Assembly (NCBI GenBank): GCA_947084965.1
Contig: CAMTUG010000002.1
Coordinates: forward strand, 15,434-79,433
DNA from: an uncultured Parcubacteria group bacterium
GTDB lineage: Bacteria > Patescibacteriota > Patescibacteriia > UBA9934 > CAMTUG01
Length of the DNA stretch: 64,000 nt
Direction of reading: 5' to 3'
Under the pieces are notes generated by a model, which was not told where the DNA came from, ran no database searches, and worked only from the letters and a program-made list of their open reading frames with translations. This document shows, piece by piece, positions 8,544 to 19,401 of the stretch. How positions within the stretch are numbered: position 1 is the first letter of the stretch; the number at the start of each line of letters is the position of its first letter. The translations under genes and the position numbers were made by a program.

Positions 8544-9566
8544 TTAGCTCTCTCGCGAACGTTCTACTTCAGCGATGATCTGCTTCGCCACGGTTACTGC
8601 GCGTTCTGGGGTTTCGCTATGCGCCGTTTCGGGGCAGAGCATGATGGCGTTTGCTCCGTCGAGGGCGGCGTTGGTTACGTCCAAGATGTCTGAGCGCATC
8701 GGGAGGTAGTTGTCGAGCAAGGACTGGAGCATGCCGGTCGAAACGATGACGTACTTTCCGGCCCGACGTGCTTTGGCCACCAGCATCTTTTGAATCAACC
8801 CGAGACGCTGGAACGGTACGTTAAGTGCCAAGTCGCCGCGGGCGACCATGATCCCGTTTGCCACTTCTAAAATCTCATCGATATTGTCGACTCCGCCCTG
8901 CGATTCAATTTTGGCGATGATCGTCGGCCGCCACTCAGAACTGGTGAACGGGATGAGCTTGGCGATCAATGCTTCAAGCATCTGGCGGGAGCTGACGAAC
9001 GAAAAGGCGACGATGTCCGGCTTACTTTCAGGCAGAATCGAGATGATTTCATCAATAAACGGAGCGACGTGGTCCAGGGTGTCGGCGATCGCCGGGATCG
9101 TGAGGGCGGTGCATTCGATCAGGCGACTGCCGTTGACCGTTTCGGCGGTGAACGTGTCTGCATCGATCACCGAAGTCACACGCATCCCCAGCTGGCCGTC
9201 GCCGACGTAAAAAACGTCACCGGGTTTGAGGTGGGTAGCGAGGCCAGGGAACGTATGCGGGATAAACTGTTCTGGATCTGGAGACGTTTGGGCAAGACGA
9301 AAGGCGAAGGTCTTATCCTTGGGGACCTGAACTTTGCTTTGCGGAAAGGAACCCAGACGAATTTTAGCCTCTGGGAGATCGGCGAGCAGTTTGACCGGCT
9401 TGCCTGAAGCGGTGATGTGATCTCGGCACGTTTTGAGCGTCGCAGCGATTTCGGCTAACCCCCAGTGCGAGCATTTTATGCGAAAGAGATCAACACCGGC
9501 ATCGATCATACGCTGGTTGCGGTCGTGGTAGTACGGTTTTTTGTAGACGGTGGCGATGACTTCCAT
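8544..9566 (-). CDS. pyk: pyruvate kinase, A+B domains only (no C-terminal allosteric domain)
   Basis: PK barrel motifs: KIESQGGVDNIDEI, MVARGDLALNVP, GKYVIVSTGMLQSLLDNYLPMRSDILDVTNAALDGANAIMLCPETAHSETP; protein ends right after barrel. Start at MEVIATVY. Confidence 0.8.
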   Translation of the reverse strand: MEVIATVYKKPYYHDRNQRMIDAGVDLFRIKCSHWGLAEIAATLKTCRDHITASGKPVKLLADLPEAKIRLGSFPQSKVQVPKDKTFAFRLAQTSPDPEQFIPHTFPGLATHLKPGDVFYVGDGQLGMRVTSVIDADTFTAETVNGSRLIECTALTIPAIADTLDHVAPFIDEIISILPESKPDIVAFSFVSSRQMLEALIAKLIPFTSSEWRPTIIAKIESQGGVDNIDEILEVANGIMVARGDLALNVPFQRLGLIQKMLVAKARRAGKYVIVSTGMLQSLLDNYLPMRSDILDVTNAALDGANAIMLCPETAHSETPERAVTVAKQIIAEVERSRES

Positions 9567-9639
9567 ACAAAAAGAGGCGCTAGGCCTCCTTGATGCGTTC
9601 ACTATACAACACCCCGCCGCTTGAGTACAATCCGTCCAT

Positions 9640-10095
9640 ATGCGAGACGTTCCTCAATACACTCCGCGAGAGCAGCAACCACGGCCAGAGATGGGCGTCT
9701 GGCGTACCGTTCCGCGCCTGCGCAAGGAGCAGGCCCCACCGGTCGAGCAGCCTAAACAGAAGCTCGAAGATCAGCCAACCTTTCAAACAGGGAAGGATTA
9801 TGTTGAACGGCTAAAGTATTTCGGCCCCCAGCTGCAGAAGGTCATAGAAGAAGGTAATGCCTTTGGCTTTGCTGACGGCACGGAGTTTCCGCTCGTGGAT
9901 AAGGCTCTTGCGGATTATATCCGCTCGATGCCTGGGGCAACGGACGGGGAAAAGGCGCGGGCCGTTGTGGAGAAGTGGAGCCAGGCGGTCGAAGACGCAC
10001 TTTCTAAGATTGACATGACCGTGTTGTCTCGTGACGATCGTGACACCGTAGAAGAGATGCGTTACGTCGCGGCTGATGCGCGGTTAGCTGCTTAA
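9640..10095 (+). CDS. hypothetical protein
   Basis: 151-aa ORF with host-like codon usage, divergent from pyk; no motif recognised. Confidence 0.5.
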   Translation: MRDVPQYTPREQQPRPEMGVWRTVPRLRKEQAPPVEQPKQKLEDQPTFQTGKDYVERLKYFGPQLQKVIEEGNAFGFADGTEFPLVDKALADYIRSMPGATDGEKARAVVEKWSQAVEDALSKIDMTVLSRDDRDTVEEMRYVAADARLAA

Positions 10096-10098
10096 GGT

Positions 10099-11124
10099 AT
10101 GCGTATTTTTGGGATTGAATCGAGTTGTGATGAAACGGCGATGGCCCTGGTCGTGGGAGAAGGCGAGCGACTGACGGTCGAAAAGAGTTTGGTTGCTTCG
10201 CAGATGGAGTTACATAAAAAGTATGGCGGTGTGGTGCCAGAAGTTGCTGCACGTAAGCACGTGGAAACGATCATCCCGATGCTGCGTGAGATCGTGCCGC
10301 GCGACGGAGCGGAGATCGATGCCATTGCGGTGACTTACGGCCCCGGACTTGTGCCGGCGCTGCGTGTTGGGGTGGAATTAGCGCGCACCCTCTCGTTGTT
10401 GTGGAACAAACCGCTCGTTGAGGTCAATCATCTCGAGGGGCATATTTATTCTAATTGGTTGAGCGGCACAGCCGCGACATTCCCGGCACTGGTGTTGATT
10501 GTCAGTGGTGGGCACACAGAGATCGTGCACATGAAAAAGCACGGCGTCTATACGCTGATCGGTGAAACACGCGACGATGCCAGCGGCGAGGCGTTCGACA
10601 AGGTGGCCAAGATTCTCGGGCTTGGCTATCCGGGCGGACCGATCGTGAGTAAGATGGCGCTCGAGGGGGATGCTACGCGTTTTGATCTGCCGCGACCAAT
10701 GCTTGAAGCGAAAAATTTTGATTTTAGTTTTTCTGGATTGAAGACCGCTGTGCTGTATAGCTGGAACGGTTTGTCCAAGCGCGAACGGGCACGGAAGCAG
10801 ACGGTGAAAGATATGGCTGCGGGCTTTCAGGAAGCGGTCGTAGGGGTCCTTGTCGGAAAAATGACCAAGGCGATTGAACAGACAAAGCCAAAAGCGGTGA
10901 TGATCGCCGGTGGAGTTGCAGCGAACGCGGCGTTGCGCAACAAGCTTGGAGAGGTATTAAAAAAGCAGTTCCCAACGATTACGTATATCGTCCCGGAATT
11001 GAAGTACACGGGTGACAACGCGGCGATGATCGCGGCGGCCGGCTATTTCCGAGCTGTACAGAAGGATTTTGTTGATCCGTCGAATGTACAAGCTGACCCG
11101 AATCTTCGCCTTGCCAGTTTTTAG
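10099..11124 (+). CDS. tsaD: tRNA N6-adenosine threonylcarbamoyltransferase TsaD (Kae1/YgjD)
   Basis: MRIFGIESSCDETAMALV..., HLEGHIYSN, GVAANAALR motifs of the Kae1/TsaD family. Confidence 0.92.
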   Translation: MRIFGIESSCDETAMALVVGEGERLTVEKSLVASQMELHKKYGGVVPEVAARKHVETIIPMLREIVPRDGAEIDAIAVTYGPGLVPALRVGVELARTLSLLWNKPLVEVNHLEGHIYSNWLSGTAATFPALVLIVSGGHTEIVHMKKHGVYTLIGETRDDASGEAFDKVAKILGLGYPGGPIVSKMALEGDATRFDLPRPMLEAKNFDFSFSGLKTAVLYSWNGLSKRERARKQTVKDMAAGFQEAVVGVLVGKMTKAIEQTKPKAVMIAGGVAANAALRNKLGEVLKKQFPTITYIVPELKYTGDNAAMIAAAGYFRAVQKDFVDPSNVQADPNLRLASF

Positions 11125-11125
11125 T

Positions 11126-11548
11126 ATGCAGAAGAACTACACGACCTATTCGCCAGAAGAGACCAAAGCCGTTGCGGCGGAACTCGCCTCCTTCTTAAAG
11201 GGTGGGGAGGAGATCGCTCTTGTGGGTGATTTGGGTGCAGGGAAGACGACGTTTGTGCAGGGGCTTGCTCAGGCGCTGGGTTCGCAAGCCAAGGTAAAGA
11301 GCCCGACGTTTACCCTTATGAATATCTATCCTGTTGTTCATCCAACGATCAAGCAGATCGCTCACCTCGATTATTATCGTTTGCAGGAGACGGGTGCTTC
11401 CGATCTCGGCCTGGATGAATACAAAACACCCGACACGGTGATTGTGTCGGAGTGGCCGATCGATGTTGCTCCCGGGAAGAACAAACTGTTTGTGCAACTT
11501 ACTGGGGGCAAGAACCCCAACGAGCGCTCGATCACAATCGAACGCTAA
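11126..11548 (+). CDS. tsaE: tRNA t6A biosynthesis ATPase TsaE (YjeE)
   Basis: P-loop LVGDLGAGKTTFVQG; ATG 1 nt after tsaD stop; conserved tsaD-tsaE pairing. Confidence 0.8.
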   Translation: MQKNYTTYSPEETKAVAAELASFLKGGEEIALVGDLGAGKTTFVQGLAQALGSQAKVKSPTFTLMNIYPVVHPTIKQIAHLDYYRLQETGASDLGLDEYKTPDTVIVSEWPIDVAPGKNKLFVQLTGGKNPNERSITIER

Positions 11549-13303
11549 TTACTCGGCTACGCGGAAGACTTCCTCGACCGTTGTTACTCCTTCGGCCGCT
11601 TTGAGTAGCCCGTCCTGGACCATCAGCACCATCCCTTGGGCTTTGGCGATGTCGCGCATCTGATATTCAGAAACACTGCCGGTTAACACCGTTTTTTCGA
11701 CTTCCGGGTTCATAAGCAGAAGCTCATAAATCCCCAGTCGGCCTTTGTAGCCGGTGTGGTTACAGATGTCGCACCCTTTGCCACGGTAAAATTTGAGGGT
11801 ATTGAGATCGACCACCTCGCCTGACGTTGGTGGAACGTCCGCAAGGACTGCTTTGACCTTCTCAAGCAGCTCGGGTTCCAGCGTCATCTCTTCTTTGCAT
11901 GCTTCGTGGATTTTACGCACCAGACGTTGACCGATAATCGCGTTTAAGGCCGGCGCGAGCAAGAACGGTTTCACTCCCATCGACAAGAAGCGCGGGATCG
12001 CACCGGCGGCATCGTTGGTGTGGATCGTCGAGAGCATCAAGTGACCGGTCAGCGCTGCTTGGATCGCGATTTCAGCCGTTTCTAAATCGCGGATTTCCCC
12101 GACCATCACGATGTCCGGATCCTGACGTAGAATCGAACGCAACCCTTTGGCAAAGGTATAGTCCTTGGTGTGATCAATCTGGCTCTGGTTGATCCCAGCA
12201 ACTTTATATTCGACCGGATCTTCAAGCGTGATGATCTTTACGTCTGCTTGGTTGAGTTTTTGGAGCACGGCATAGAGCGTTGTTGTTTTACCACTCCCTG
12301 TAGGCCCGGTGGTAATAATCATCCCGTGCGGTTTGTCGATCTCTTTTTTAAACTTCTCGTACATCTTCGGGCGGATCCCGAGTTTTTCCAGTTCGAGTTT
12401 GATCGCCCCTGACTCCAAAATACGCATCACGACTGATTCGCCGTAGGCGGTGGGGAGGGTAGAGGTACGGACGTCGACCTTCTCGTCTTTGAGGAAGATC
12501 GTAAATCGACCGTCTTGCGGTTTGTCGTTAATATTGATTTTGAGCCCGGCGATCAGCTTGATGCGGCTGATCACTTTTTTCCAGGCGGCCACAGGCAAGA
12601 GGGCGACATCTTGAAGCAAACCGTCCACACGCAGACGCACTTTGACTCCCGCCTCCTCCGCTTCGATGTGGATGTCGGAGGAGCCGAGTTCGAGCGCGGC
12701 GGCGATCACGATTGTCATCACGTCGGTCGTCGACGCCTCTTGCAAGAGTTTTTGAATCGTCGGGAAATCTTTGACCAAGGCGGTGTAGCGGGCCAACTCT
12801 TCATCCGTAATGCGCACCCCTTTGATGATCGCTTTGATTTTCGGCAAGGTGGCGTACAGACGAAACGCCGTTTCAAAACTGTGCTCCGTAATTTTATACA
12901 CCCCGGCCGACGCTTTATTGCGCTCGCCGAGCTGGTAGGCGAGCTCCTTCACTTTTGGATCATTCGGATTGACTGCACCGACTCGCAGTTCGGGGCCAGT
13001 GAACAAAAAACAGACCGCTTTTAATTCCTGCGCCTGTTCTTCTGGAATCATGCTAATGGCGTCCGGTGAAATCGGGAAGCCGACCAGATTGACGTGGCTG
13101 ATCCCAAGCTGTTCTGCTTCGGCTTTGGCCAGTCGTTCAAGTTCAGCAAGATGAATCGACTCCATCGTCGATTCAAAACGTTCCGCCGTTGTTGGATCTT
13201 TTGGCGGTGCGGCCGGTGCATCCGTGGCTCCAGGTTTTTGAACCACAGGTGCCGCAGGTTTCTTTTTGAGGAGATCCTCAATGGAGGGGAGACCAGAATT
13301 CAC
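11549..13303 (-). CDS. pilB: type IV pilus / type II secretion assembly ATPase PilB/GspE
   Basis: N-terminal GSPII_E domain; Walker A GPTGSGKTTTLYA; C-terminal tetracysteine CDICNHTGYKGRLGIYE. Confidence 0.9.
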   Translation of the reverse strand: MNSGLPSIEDLLKKKPAAPVVQKPGATDAPAAPPKDPTTAERFESTMESIHLAELERLAKAEAEQLGISHVNLVGFPISPDAISMIPEEQAQELKAVCFLFTGPELRVGAVNPNDPKVKELAYQLGERNKASAGVYKITEHSFETAFRLYATLPKIKAIIKGVRITDEELARYTALVKDFPTIQKLLQEASTTDVMTIVIAAALELGSSDIHIEAEEAGVKVRLRVDGLLQDVALLPVAAWKKVISRIKLIAGLKININDKPQDGRFTIFLKDEKVDVRTSTLPTAYGESVVMRILESGAIKLELEKLGIRPKMYEKFKKEIDKPHGMIITTGPTGSGKTTTLYAVLQKLNQADVKIITLEDPVEYKVAGINQSQIDHTKDYTFAKGLRSILRQDPDIVMVGEIRDLETAEIAIQAALTGHLMLSTIHTNDAAGAIPRFLSMGVKPFLLAPALNAIIGQRLVRKIHEACKEEMTLEPELLEKVKAVLADVPPTSGEVVDLNTLKFYRGKGCDICNHTGYKGRLGIYELLLMNPEVEKTVLTGSVSEYQMRDIAKAQGMVLMVQDGLLKAAEGVTTVEEVFRVAE

Positions 13304-13305
13304 AC

Positions 13306-14328
13306 CTAATTAGAGAAGAGACGTTGGATTTTTGAGAGGATCGTTGTGCGGCCGGAAAACTTTTTATAAACTCCGACCCAGACCGCGTAGCTAAAGACTG
13401 TGGAAAAGCCCATGAAGGCGACGATGATCAGGAAGACGCCGAGCGTTCCGGCCAGGGTAACCCCGACCCAGAGTGGTCCAGAGGCAAGAAAGAGCGTGCC
13501 AGTAAAAATCAGCAGATACGGAACGGCAAAGAGGAGGATGGCTAGGATCATCGTTCCTGAGATCACCATGTTGGCAGCGAAGAGGAGGATGGCGATTTCG
13601 CTCACCGCGAGGAGGTGACGCTTGAGGACGTGCCAGGCGTCCATGATGCTTACAAAGACCGGCTTCTCTTTGAGGGATACTTCGACGGTGGCGAAGATCG
13701 AGAGGTAACTGACGAGAAGCGTTGCTGGGACGAAGAGGAGAAGAACGGCGATGTCTCCAAGGACGGTTTTTGTCACGTCGCTGCTGGCGACGGTTGCGAA
13801 GAGCACACCAGCGACGGCGATCGCGATCGTCATCGTCAGCCGACCGAGGATGTTGATCGTGAAGAGATGGGCAAGAACGTGATGGCCGTGGCGGAACAGA
13901 CTTGGTAGGTGCAGTTTCCGTTTCGGCTTGGCATGTTTGATCGCGTGGATCAAGGCGTCCTGGCAGGCGACGGAGAGGTAGAGCACAGCGATCCCTAGAG
14001 CCGAGAGGATGAGGACCGTCCAGAGTATGCGGGCGTCGCTCGTCTGTGACGTTTTTTCCGCAAACGTCGCCAAGGTTTGTGCTCCCGGGATACTCAGACG
14101 GAAGAGTCCTGGGATGAGGTCGGGCCCGAGGACTACTGTCTCTGTACGCTTAAGTGCGGTAAAGAGCACGTCGATGACTCCACCGGTGTTCAAGATTCCA
14201 GCAAAGACCCCAAGGAACCACAACTTTTTGTGCCCCCATGCGGTCTGCCACGCCTGTAAAAAAATCGAACGATACACCGGTTTGTTCATATCCTCCTTAA
14301 CGCTATTCAAACAATCAGGGACGGTCAT
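13306..14328 (-). CDS. polytopic membrane protein, unknown function (co-directional upstream of pilB)
   Basis: 340 aa, about 8 TM helices; 2-nt gap to pilB start. Confidence 0.6.
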   Translation of the reverse strand: MTVPDCLNSVKEDMNKPVYRSIFLQAWQTAWGHKKLWFLGVFAGILNTGGVIDVLFTALKRTETVVLGPDLIPGLFRLSIPGAQTLATFAEKTSQTSDARILWTVLILSALGIAVLYLSVACQDALIHAIKHAKPKRKLHLPSLFRHGHHVLAHLFTINILGRLTMTIAIAVAGVLFATVASSDVTKTVLGDIAVLLLFVPATLLVSYLSIFATVEVSLKEKPVFVSIMDAWHVLKRHLLAVSEIAILLFAANMVISGTMILAILLFAVPYLLIFTGTLFLASGPLWVGVTLAGTLGVFLIIVAFMGFSTVFSYAVWVGVYKKFSGRTTILSKIQRLFSN

Positions 14329-14376
14329 TGCCGCGCTGAGCGCGGGCTTTTTGACCGTCCCTGTATTTTACTCGTT

Positions 14377-16212
14377 TTATCCTCGTTCCTGCAAATTATG
14401 TCGTTCCTCGAAGAGCGCTTCGAACGCCTCTTTTTCAATCGTTTCTTTTTCGAGGAGCTCTTTGGCGATCGCGTCGAGCTTATGGCGCTTTTCCGTAATC
14501 ACCCGTTTTGCGGTCGCCATCGCGTCGTTGACCATCTGGGTTACCTCTTCGTCGATCATCTCCGCGAATTTTTCTGAGTAGTCACGTTGTTCATGGATGT
14601 CGCGGCCCAAGAAGACCATCTCTTCGCGCGAGCCAAAGGTGCGCGGTCCGAGTTTTTCGCTCATGCCGTACTTGGTGACAAGTTCGCGAGCGGTGGCGGT
14701 GGCCCTTCGCAAATCATCGGAGGCGCCGGTCGTCATGTCGCCAAAGACAATCTTTTCTGAAGTGTACCCACCGAGCATTACAGCCATGTCATCAATAAAC
14801 TCTGCGCGCAGGTGCATTTTTTTGTCCTCGATCGGCAGCTTCATCGTGTACCCCGCAGCGCGCCCGCGAGAGATAATCGAGATTTTGTGCACCGGATCGG
14901 CGTGGGGGAGTTCGTGGGCAACTAAGGCGTGGCCAGCTTCGTGGTAGGCGGTGACGTTCCGTTCCTTGTCGGACAAAAGATGGCTCTTGCGTTCCGGCCC
15001 CAAGATCACTTTTTCGATCGATTCTAATACCTCGGCTTGATTGATAATTTTTTTGTTGCGACGGGCAGCAAGGATCGCCGCTTCGTTCAGTAAGTTCATG
15101 AGGTCAGCTCCAGAGAATCCGACCGTACGCTCGGCCACGCGGCGTAAGTCTACATCTTTATCGAGCGGTTTGTTGGCGGCATGAATTTCGAGGATGGCCT
15201 GACGGTCCCTGATGTCTGGGGCGTCGAGCATCACTCGGCGATCAAAACGCCCTGGGCGCAAAAGGGCTGGATCAAGCACGTCTGGGCGGTTGGTGGCAGC
15301 CATCACAATGACACCAAGGTTCGGGTCAAAGCCGTCCATCTCGACCAAGATTTGGTTCAAGGTCTGTTCGCGTTCATCGTGCCCACCGCCAAGTCCAGCA
15401 CCGCGCTGGCGACCAACGGCGTCGATTTCATCGATGAAGATAATGCAGGGGGCGCTCTTTTTGGCTTTGGAAAAGAGGTCGCGTACGCGGCTGGCACCGA
15501 CACCGACGAACATCTCTACAAATTCCGATCCAGAGATGTGAAAGAACGGGACGTTCGCTTCACCAGCAACAGCACGGGCGAGGAGTGTCTTTCCTGTCCC
15601 TGGAGATCCCATCAGCAATACACCCTTTGGAATTTTGGCTCCCAGATCGGCGAACTTTTTCGGGTCGCGCAAGAACTCGACGATCTCCATCAATTCCTCC
15701 TTTGCTTCTTTGACCCCCGCAACGTCCTTGAACGTCAGTTTATTTTTGGAAGGATCGTTTTCGCGGGCGCTCGATTGACCAAAGGTCATCGCTTTGTTGT
15801 TCGCCCCTTGCAGTTGGCGGAACATGAAGAAGAAGATGATCACGAGGATGATAAGCGGTAAGAGCGATGGGAGGATCGTATGCAACAAGTAGTCGGTGCT
15901 GGTCGGCCCTTTGACTTCGACTTTTAATTGCGAGAGTTCTTCTGTAGTGACCCCGTAGGAGGTGAGCAGATCGCTCATCGCTTGGTCGCTCTCTTTGACC
16001 GTGCTCAGTTCGCGGCCATCTTTTAAGAAGGCGCTGACCTTATCATCGCGCACTTCGATCCGTTCGACCTGTCCGCCGTGGATCTCTTCAACCATGCGGT
16101 TGACGGTGACCTCTTCTGGTTTGGTGGTATCAACACGGTATGTCGAGAAGATCGCGCCAATGGCGAGAAGGGCGATCAAAAAGACGACAATATTTTTTGA
16201 GAGTGGTTTCAT
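14377..16212 (-). CDS. ftsH: ATP-dependent zinc metalloprotease FtsH
   Basis: N-terminal TM, AAA Walker [29 protein letters not shown] zinc site. Confidence 0.95.
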   Translation of the reverse strand: MKPLSKNIVVFLIALLAIGAIFSTYRVDTTKPEEVTVNRMVEEIHGGQVERIEVRDDKVSAFLKDGRELSTVKESDQAMSDLLTSYGVTTEELSQLKVEVKGPTSTDYLLHTILPSLLPLIILVIIFFFMFRQLQGANNKAMTFGQSSARENDPSKNKLTFKDVAGVKEAKEELMEIVEFLRDPKKFADLGAKIPKGVLLMGSPGTGKTLLARAVAGEANVPFFHISGSEFVEMFVGVGASRVRDLFSKAKKSAPCIIFIDEIDAVGRQRGAGLGGGHDEREQTLNQILVEMDGFDPNLGVIVMAATNRPDVLDPALLRPGRFDRRVMLDAPDIRDRQAILEIHAANKPLDKDVDLRRVAERTVGFSGADLMNLLNEAAILAARRNKKIINQAEVLESIEKVILGPERKSHLLSDKERNVTAYHEAGHALVAHELPHADPVHKISIISRGRAAGYTMKLPIEDKKMHLRAEFIDDMAVMLGGYTSEKIVFGDMTTGASDDLRRATATARELVTKYGMSEKLGPRTFGSREEMVFLGRDIHEQRDYSEKFAEMIDEEVTQMVNDAMATAKRVITEKRHKLDAIAKELLEKETIEKEAFEALFEERHNLQERG

Positions 16213-16223
16213 AGGTGATCAGG

Positions 16224-16234
16224 ATTATAGCACA
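16224..16234 (-). promoter_or_regulatory. extended -10 promoter (TGTGCTATAAT on minus strand) for ftsH; near-leaderless
   Basis: Reverse complement of attatagcaca; hexamer ends ~12 nt upstream of the ftsH ATG, giving a ~5-nt 5'UTR; preceded by the rpsA terminator hairpin ggggcggggtttgcaccccgccc. Confidence 0.4.
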
Positions 16235-16269
16235 GGGGCGGGGTTTGCACCCCGCCCACTGTTTGATCT

Positions 16270-17373
16270 TTATGCTTTTGCTTCCTCTTTTTTCTCTTCT
16301 TTCGACGGTGTTTTAAGAGAGAGGCCGAGGCGGTGTTCGTTCGGTTCGATCGAGACGATGCGGAACTTCATGGTGTCGCCGATCGTTCCGAGTTTGGTGA
16401 TGTCATCGACTGGGGTGTCGGAGAGTTCGCTGACGTGGGCCAGGCCGTGAATGTCCTGGTCGAGTTCGACGAAGAAGCCGAATGGGTTGATCTTCAAGAC
16501 CTTCCCCTCGACCATGTCGCCGACTTTGTACTTGGCGGCCACATCGCGCCACGGGTCGGCCATCAATTTCTTCATCGAGAGGAAAATCTTCGATCCTTCA
16601 ATGCCGATCACTTCGGCTTTGACCGTTTCACCGACTTTGACCACATCGCGCGGGTGGTCGATGCGCTGCCAAGCAAGTTCAGAGATGTGCACCAACCCTT
16701 CGAGGGAGTCGAATTTGACGAAGGCACCGAAGTCGGCCACGGCGGTCACTTCGCCTTCGATCACGTCACCTACTTTGTGTTTGGCGATCACGTGGCGCTG
16801 GCGTTCTTCCCAGAGCGCCTTTTCCGAGACGATCAATTTGTTCTCTGCTTCGTTGACGTCGAACGCTTTGACTTCCATCACTTCACCGACGTACGACTTC
16901 AACTTTTCCAAAATCTTCGACTTGTCGCCACCAGAGACGCGCGGGTAGTGGTCTGGAGCTAACTGTGAAACTGGCAAGAAGCCGTTGACGTGTTCGAGCT
17001 GGACGATAAGTCCGCCCTTGTTGGCGTCCAGAATGGTAACTTTGGTCGGCTCGCCGCTGGTGAACAGGCGGCGGAGTTCTTCCCAGGCCTTCTTTTGTCC
17101 AGCAAAACGGAAGGAAAGTTCCATTTCCCCGTTCTCGTTTTCAAGTTCAATGACGGTCGCTTCGACCTCTTCTCCCGGCTTCAACCCTTGGTATTCCTTG
17201 GATTCGGAATAAATTTCCTTCCCGCGGATAACCCCGATCTTGACCCCTTCGATGTCCACGCGGACTTCGCGACGGCCGACCGAGATGATCTGACCATGGA
17301 CTGGATCGCCAACCTTAGCGATTTTTAAGTAGGATCCGTCGTCCACGAGCTCGGTAAACGTTTTGTTTGCCAT
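16270..17373 (-). CDS. rpsA: 30S ribosomal protein S1 (short, four S1 domains)
   Basis: Repeated S1 OB-fold motifs (GxV.G.V..I...GaFV). Confidence 0.85.
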   Translation of the reverse strand: MANKTFTELVDDGSYLKIAKVGDPVHGQIISVGRREVRVDIEGVKIGVIRGKEIYSESKEYQGLKPGEEVEATVIELENENGEMELSFRFAGQKKAWEELRRLFTSGEPTKVTILDANKGGLIVQLEHVNGFLPVSQLAPDHYPRVSGGDKSKILEKLKSYVGEVMEVKAFDVNEAENKLIVSEKALWEERQRHVIAKHKVGDVIEGEVTAVADFGAFVKFDSLEGLVHISELAWQRIDHPRDVVKVGETVKAEVIGIEGSKIFLSMKKLMADPWRDVAAKYKVGDMVEGKVLKINPFGFFVELDQDIHGLAHVSELSDTPVDDITKLGTIGDTMKFRIVSIEPNEHRLGLSLKTPSKEEKKEEAKA

Positions 17374-17458
17374 AACGATGTGCCTGACATTAGGCTCCCG
17401 AGAGGGAGGGAACGTCAGGGACTAAGAATTAATAAGTAGCAGGATCTTAGCGGAAAGA

Positions 17459-18181
17459 GTGTTTCTTGGCAAGCCGGGGGCGAGGGGGTACTATGACTTC
17501 ACTATGCCCCACAAACATCAAGCGATTTTGGACGAGTTCGGGTACGCGATTCGCCATTTGGTGCCAACGGTACCGAAAGAAGTGGTTGAAGAGGCCAAAA
17601 CGCTGCATTCTGAGCTTTTGGCAAACCCTGAGGCAACCGCGGAACAGGTTCTGGCGGCGATGGTGAAGATCGGTAAGGCCGAATTCCCCCACCGTCGGGC
17701 GTTTCACGATTTGGCGGGCGAGGTGTCCGAAGCCCATCGTTTGGAGTTAGTTCTCGAGCATCTTGAGCCGAACGTCAGAGAGAAGGTACAAACGTATTTG
17801 AATTCGGGGGTGAAGTTGGAAGAATTCGTAAAGAGTTCGATGTTTGAATTGGAACTGACGGCCGAGGAGCGCTATCAGGTCGAAGACGGGATCATGCACG
17901 CCGAAGATCATATTAAGGAAGAAGCGCCGGCCAAAGTCGAAGAGAAGCGCGCGGAATACGATAAACGTGTTACGGCGTGGAAGGAAAAGCAGGCGGTAAT
18001 GGAAGCGAAGATTGAAGAGTTGCGCGCATTGGCTAATAAAGACGCAAAGTGGAAAGAGGAAATCCTAGACAAAGTTAAAACGATGGAAGAGGGCTGGAGC
18101 GTGACGGAGCGTGATCCGGATCCGATCGAAATTGAAAAAGAGATCGAGTACTGGAAGGGGACGATGGGTGACGAAGGATAG
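17459..18181 (+). CDS. hypothetical coiled-coil protein
   Basis: 240-aa ORF, Glu/Lys-rich; start may be internal (MPHKHQ at 17504). Confidence 0.5.
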   Translation: MFLGKPGARGYYDFTMPHKHQAILDEFGYAIRHLVPTVPKEVVEEAKTLHSELLANPEATAEQVLAAMVKIGKAEFPHRRAFHDLAGEVSEAHRLELVLEHLEPNVREKVQTYLNSGVKLEEFVKSSMFELELTAEERYQVEDGIMHAEDHIKEEAPAKVEEKRAEYDKRVTAWKEKQAVMEAKIEELRALANKDAKWKEEILDKVKTMEEGWSVTERDPDPIEIEKEIEYWKGTMGDEG

Positions 18182-18282
18182 AGGGGCGAGCTCGGGGATA
18201 GCCCCGAGCTTTTGCCTTGTTTCTACCTTGCTCATGAAGGCTCCTCCGTGGTACGATTGTTCCGCAAAATACACGCGCGCTT

Positions 18283-18924
18283 ATGCAGATTTCTTGGCAC
18301 GGACTGAACTGTTTTACGATCACGACAACGACCGGGAGCGGAGAGGTGACGGTGGTAGTGGACCCGTATCAATCAGACGTCGGGTTGAAGGTGTCGCGGG
18401 CGATGACCGCGGATTTGGTCGTTGTCTCCCATGACGGTGAAGACGCCAATAACACAGAAGCGGTCGGGGGCAACCCGTTCATCATCGACATGCCGGGTGA
18501 ATACGAGGTCAAAGGGGTCTTTGTCGGGGCCCAAGCATACAACAAGGAGGGCGAGAAAAAGCCGCATCGCATTCTCCATATTGAATCTGAAGGGATCTCG
18601 ATCGCTCACTTGGGGGACATCAATCGCGAATTGACCGACAAGGAATTGGAGACCTTGTCGAATGTCGACATCTTGCTTCTTCCCGTCGGTGGTGGTCGAT
18701 ATCTTTCTCCGAAGATGGCGACCGAAGTATTGGGTGCGATCGAACCGAGGATCGTGATCCCCTATGCCTACGACGTTGATGGGATTAAAGAAACGCTTGA
18801 ATCTCTCGACGCCTTTTGTAAGGCGCTCGGTGTTTGCAAGCGTGAGGATGTCAACAAACTAAAGATCGCCCGTAAGAACTTACCAGAAGAAGAGATGATG
18901 ATTTACGTCCTGGCCAAAGATTAG
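18283..18924 (+). CDS. MBL-fold metal-dependent hydrolase (UPF0173-like)
   Basis: MQISWHGLNCFTI... N-terminus and HxHxDH-like segment VVSHDGEDANN resemble the UPF0173 family. Confidence 0.65.
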   Translation: MQISWHGLNCFTITTTTGSGEVTVVVDPYQSDVGLKVSRAMTADLVVVSHDGEDANNTEAVGGNPFIIDMPGEYEVKGVFVGAQAYNKEGEKKPHRILHIESEGISIAHLGDINRELTDKELETLSNVDILLLPVGGGRYLSPKMATEVLGAIEPRIVIPYAYDVDGIKETLESLDAFCKALGVCKREDVNKLKIARKNLPEEEMMIYVLAKD

Positions 18925-18927
18925 CGT

Positions 18928-19401
18928 ATGTCCTACTCGAGGATCCAAGCTCAGGCATTCAGCGAAGCGAACGGCGATCTGCCGAACGCCAACGTTGAGC
19001 GCTCCGAGCGTGAGATCGTCGTCCCGGTGCATCAGACGCATCCGCATGCCAAGCGCTGGTTCATCGGACTTTCGGTGGTGACCATTGCGGCGGTCTTCGG
19101 TGGGTGGTTCGTCTTCTTGCGTGGTCAGCTCCATAACTTGGTGCGAGCCGTACCGGCCACAGCGCAGTCGTTTGACTTTCTGGGGGAAGCGGCCGGAAAT
19201 GTACAGGTGATCGGGAGCGATACCTTTGCCGAGGCTGAAGCGGGTTTGGCACCGGAAACGCAAGCGGTTCTCCATGAGCTTCAGGTCGCCACCGAACGCA
19301 CGATGATGATCGGGAATGTCCTTGATTCCGTGACTGAACAGATCAATGCAGAAACGTATGCAGAAGAAGAGAAAAATCCAACAACCGAAATTACAGACTA
19401 G
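18928..19401 (+). CDS. hypothetical membrane-anchored protein
   Basis: 157 aa with one TM ([21 protein letters not shown]); overlaps gyrA ORF start by 56 nt. Confidence 0.45.
   Translation: MSYSRIQAQAFSEANGDLPNANVERSEREIVVPVHQTHPHAKRWFIGLSVVTIAAVFGGWFVFLRGQLHNLVRAVPATAQSFDFLGEAAGNVQVIGSDTFAEAEAGLAPETQAVLHELQVATERTMMIGNVLDSVTEQINAETYAEEEKNPTTEITD

Noticed and set aside
16333-16962. Long antisense ORFs inside rpsA (also 29483-30502 in rny, 12515-13024 in pilB, 20483-21160 in gyrA, 57667-58695 in fusA, 60795-61580 in tuf)
   Set aside because: Overlap highly conserved genes on the opposite strand with no independent signals; shadow ORFs.
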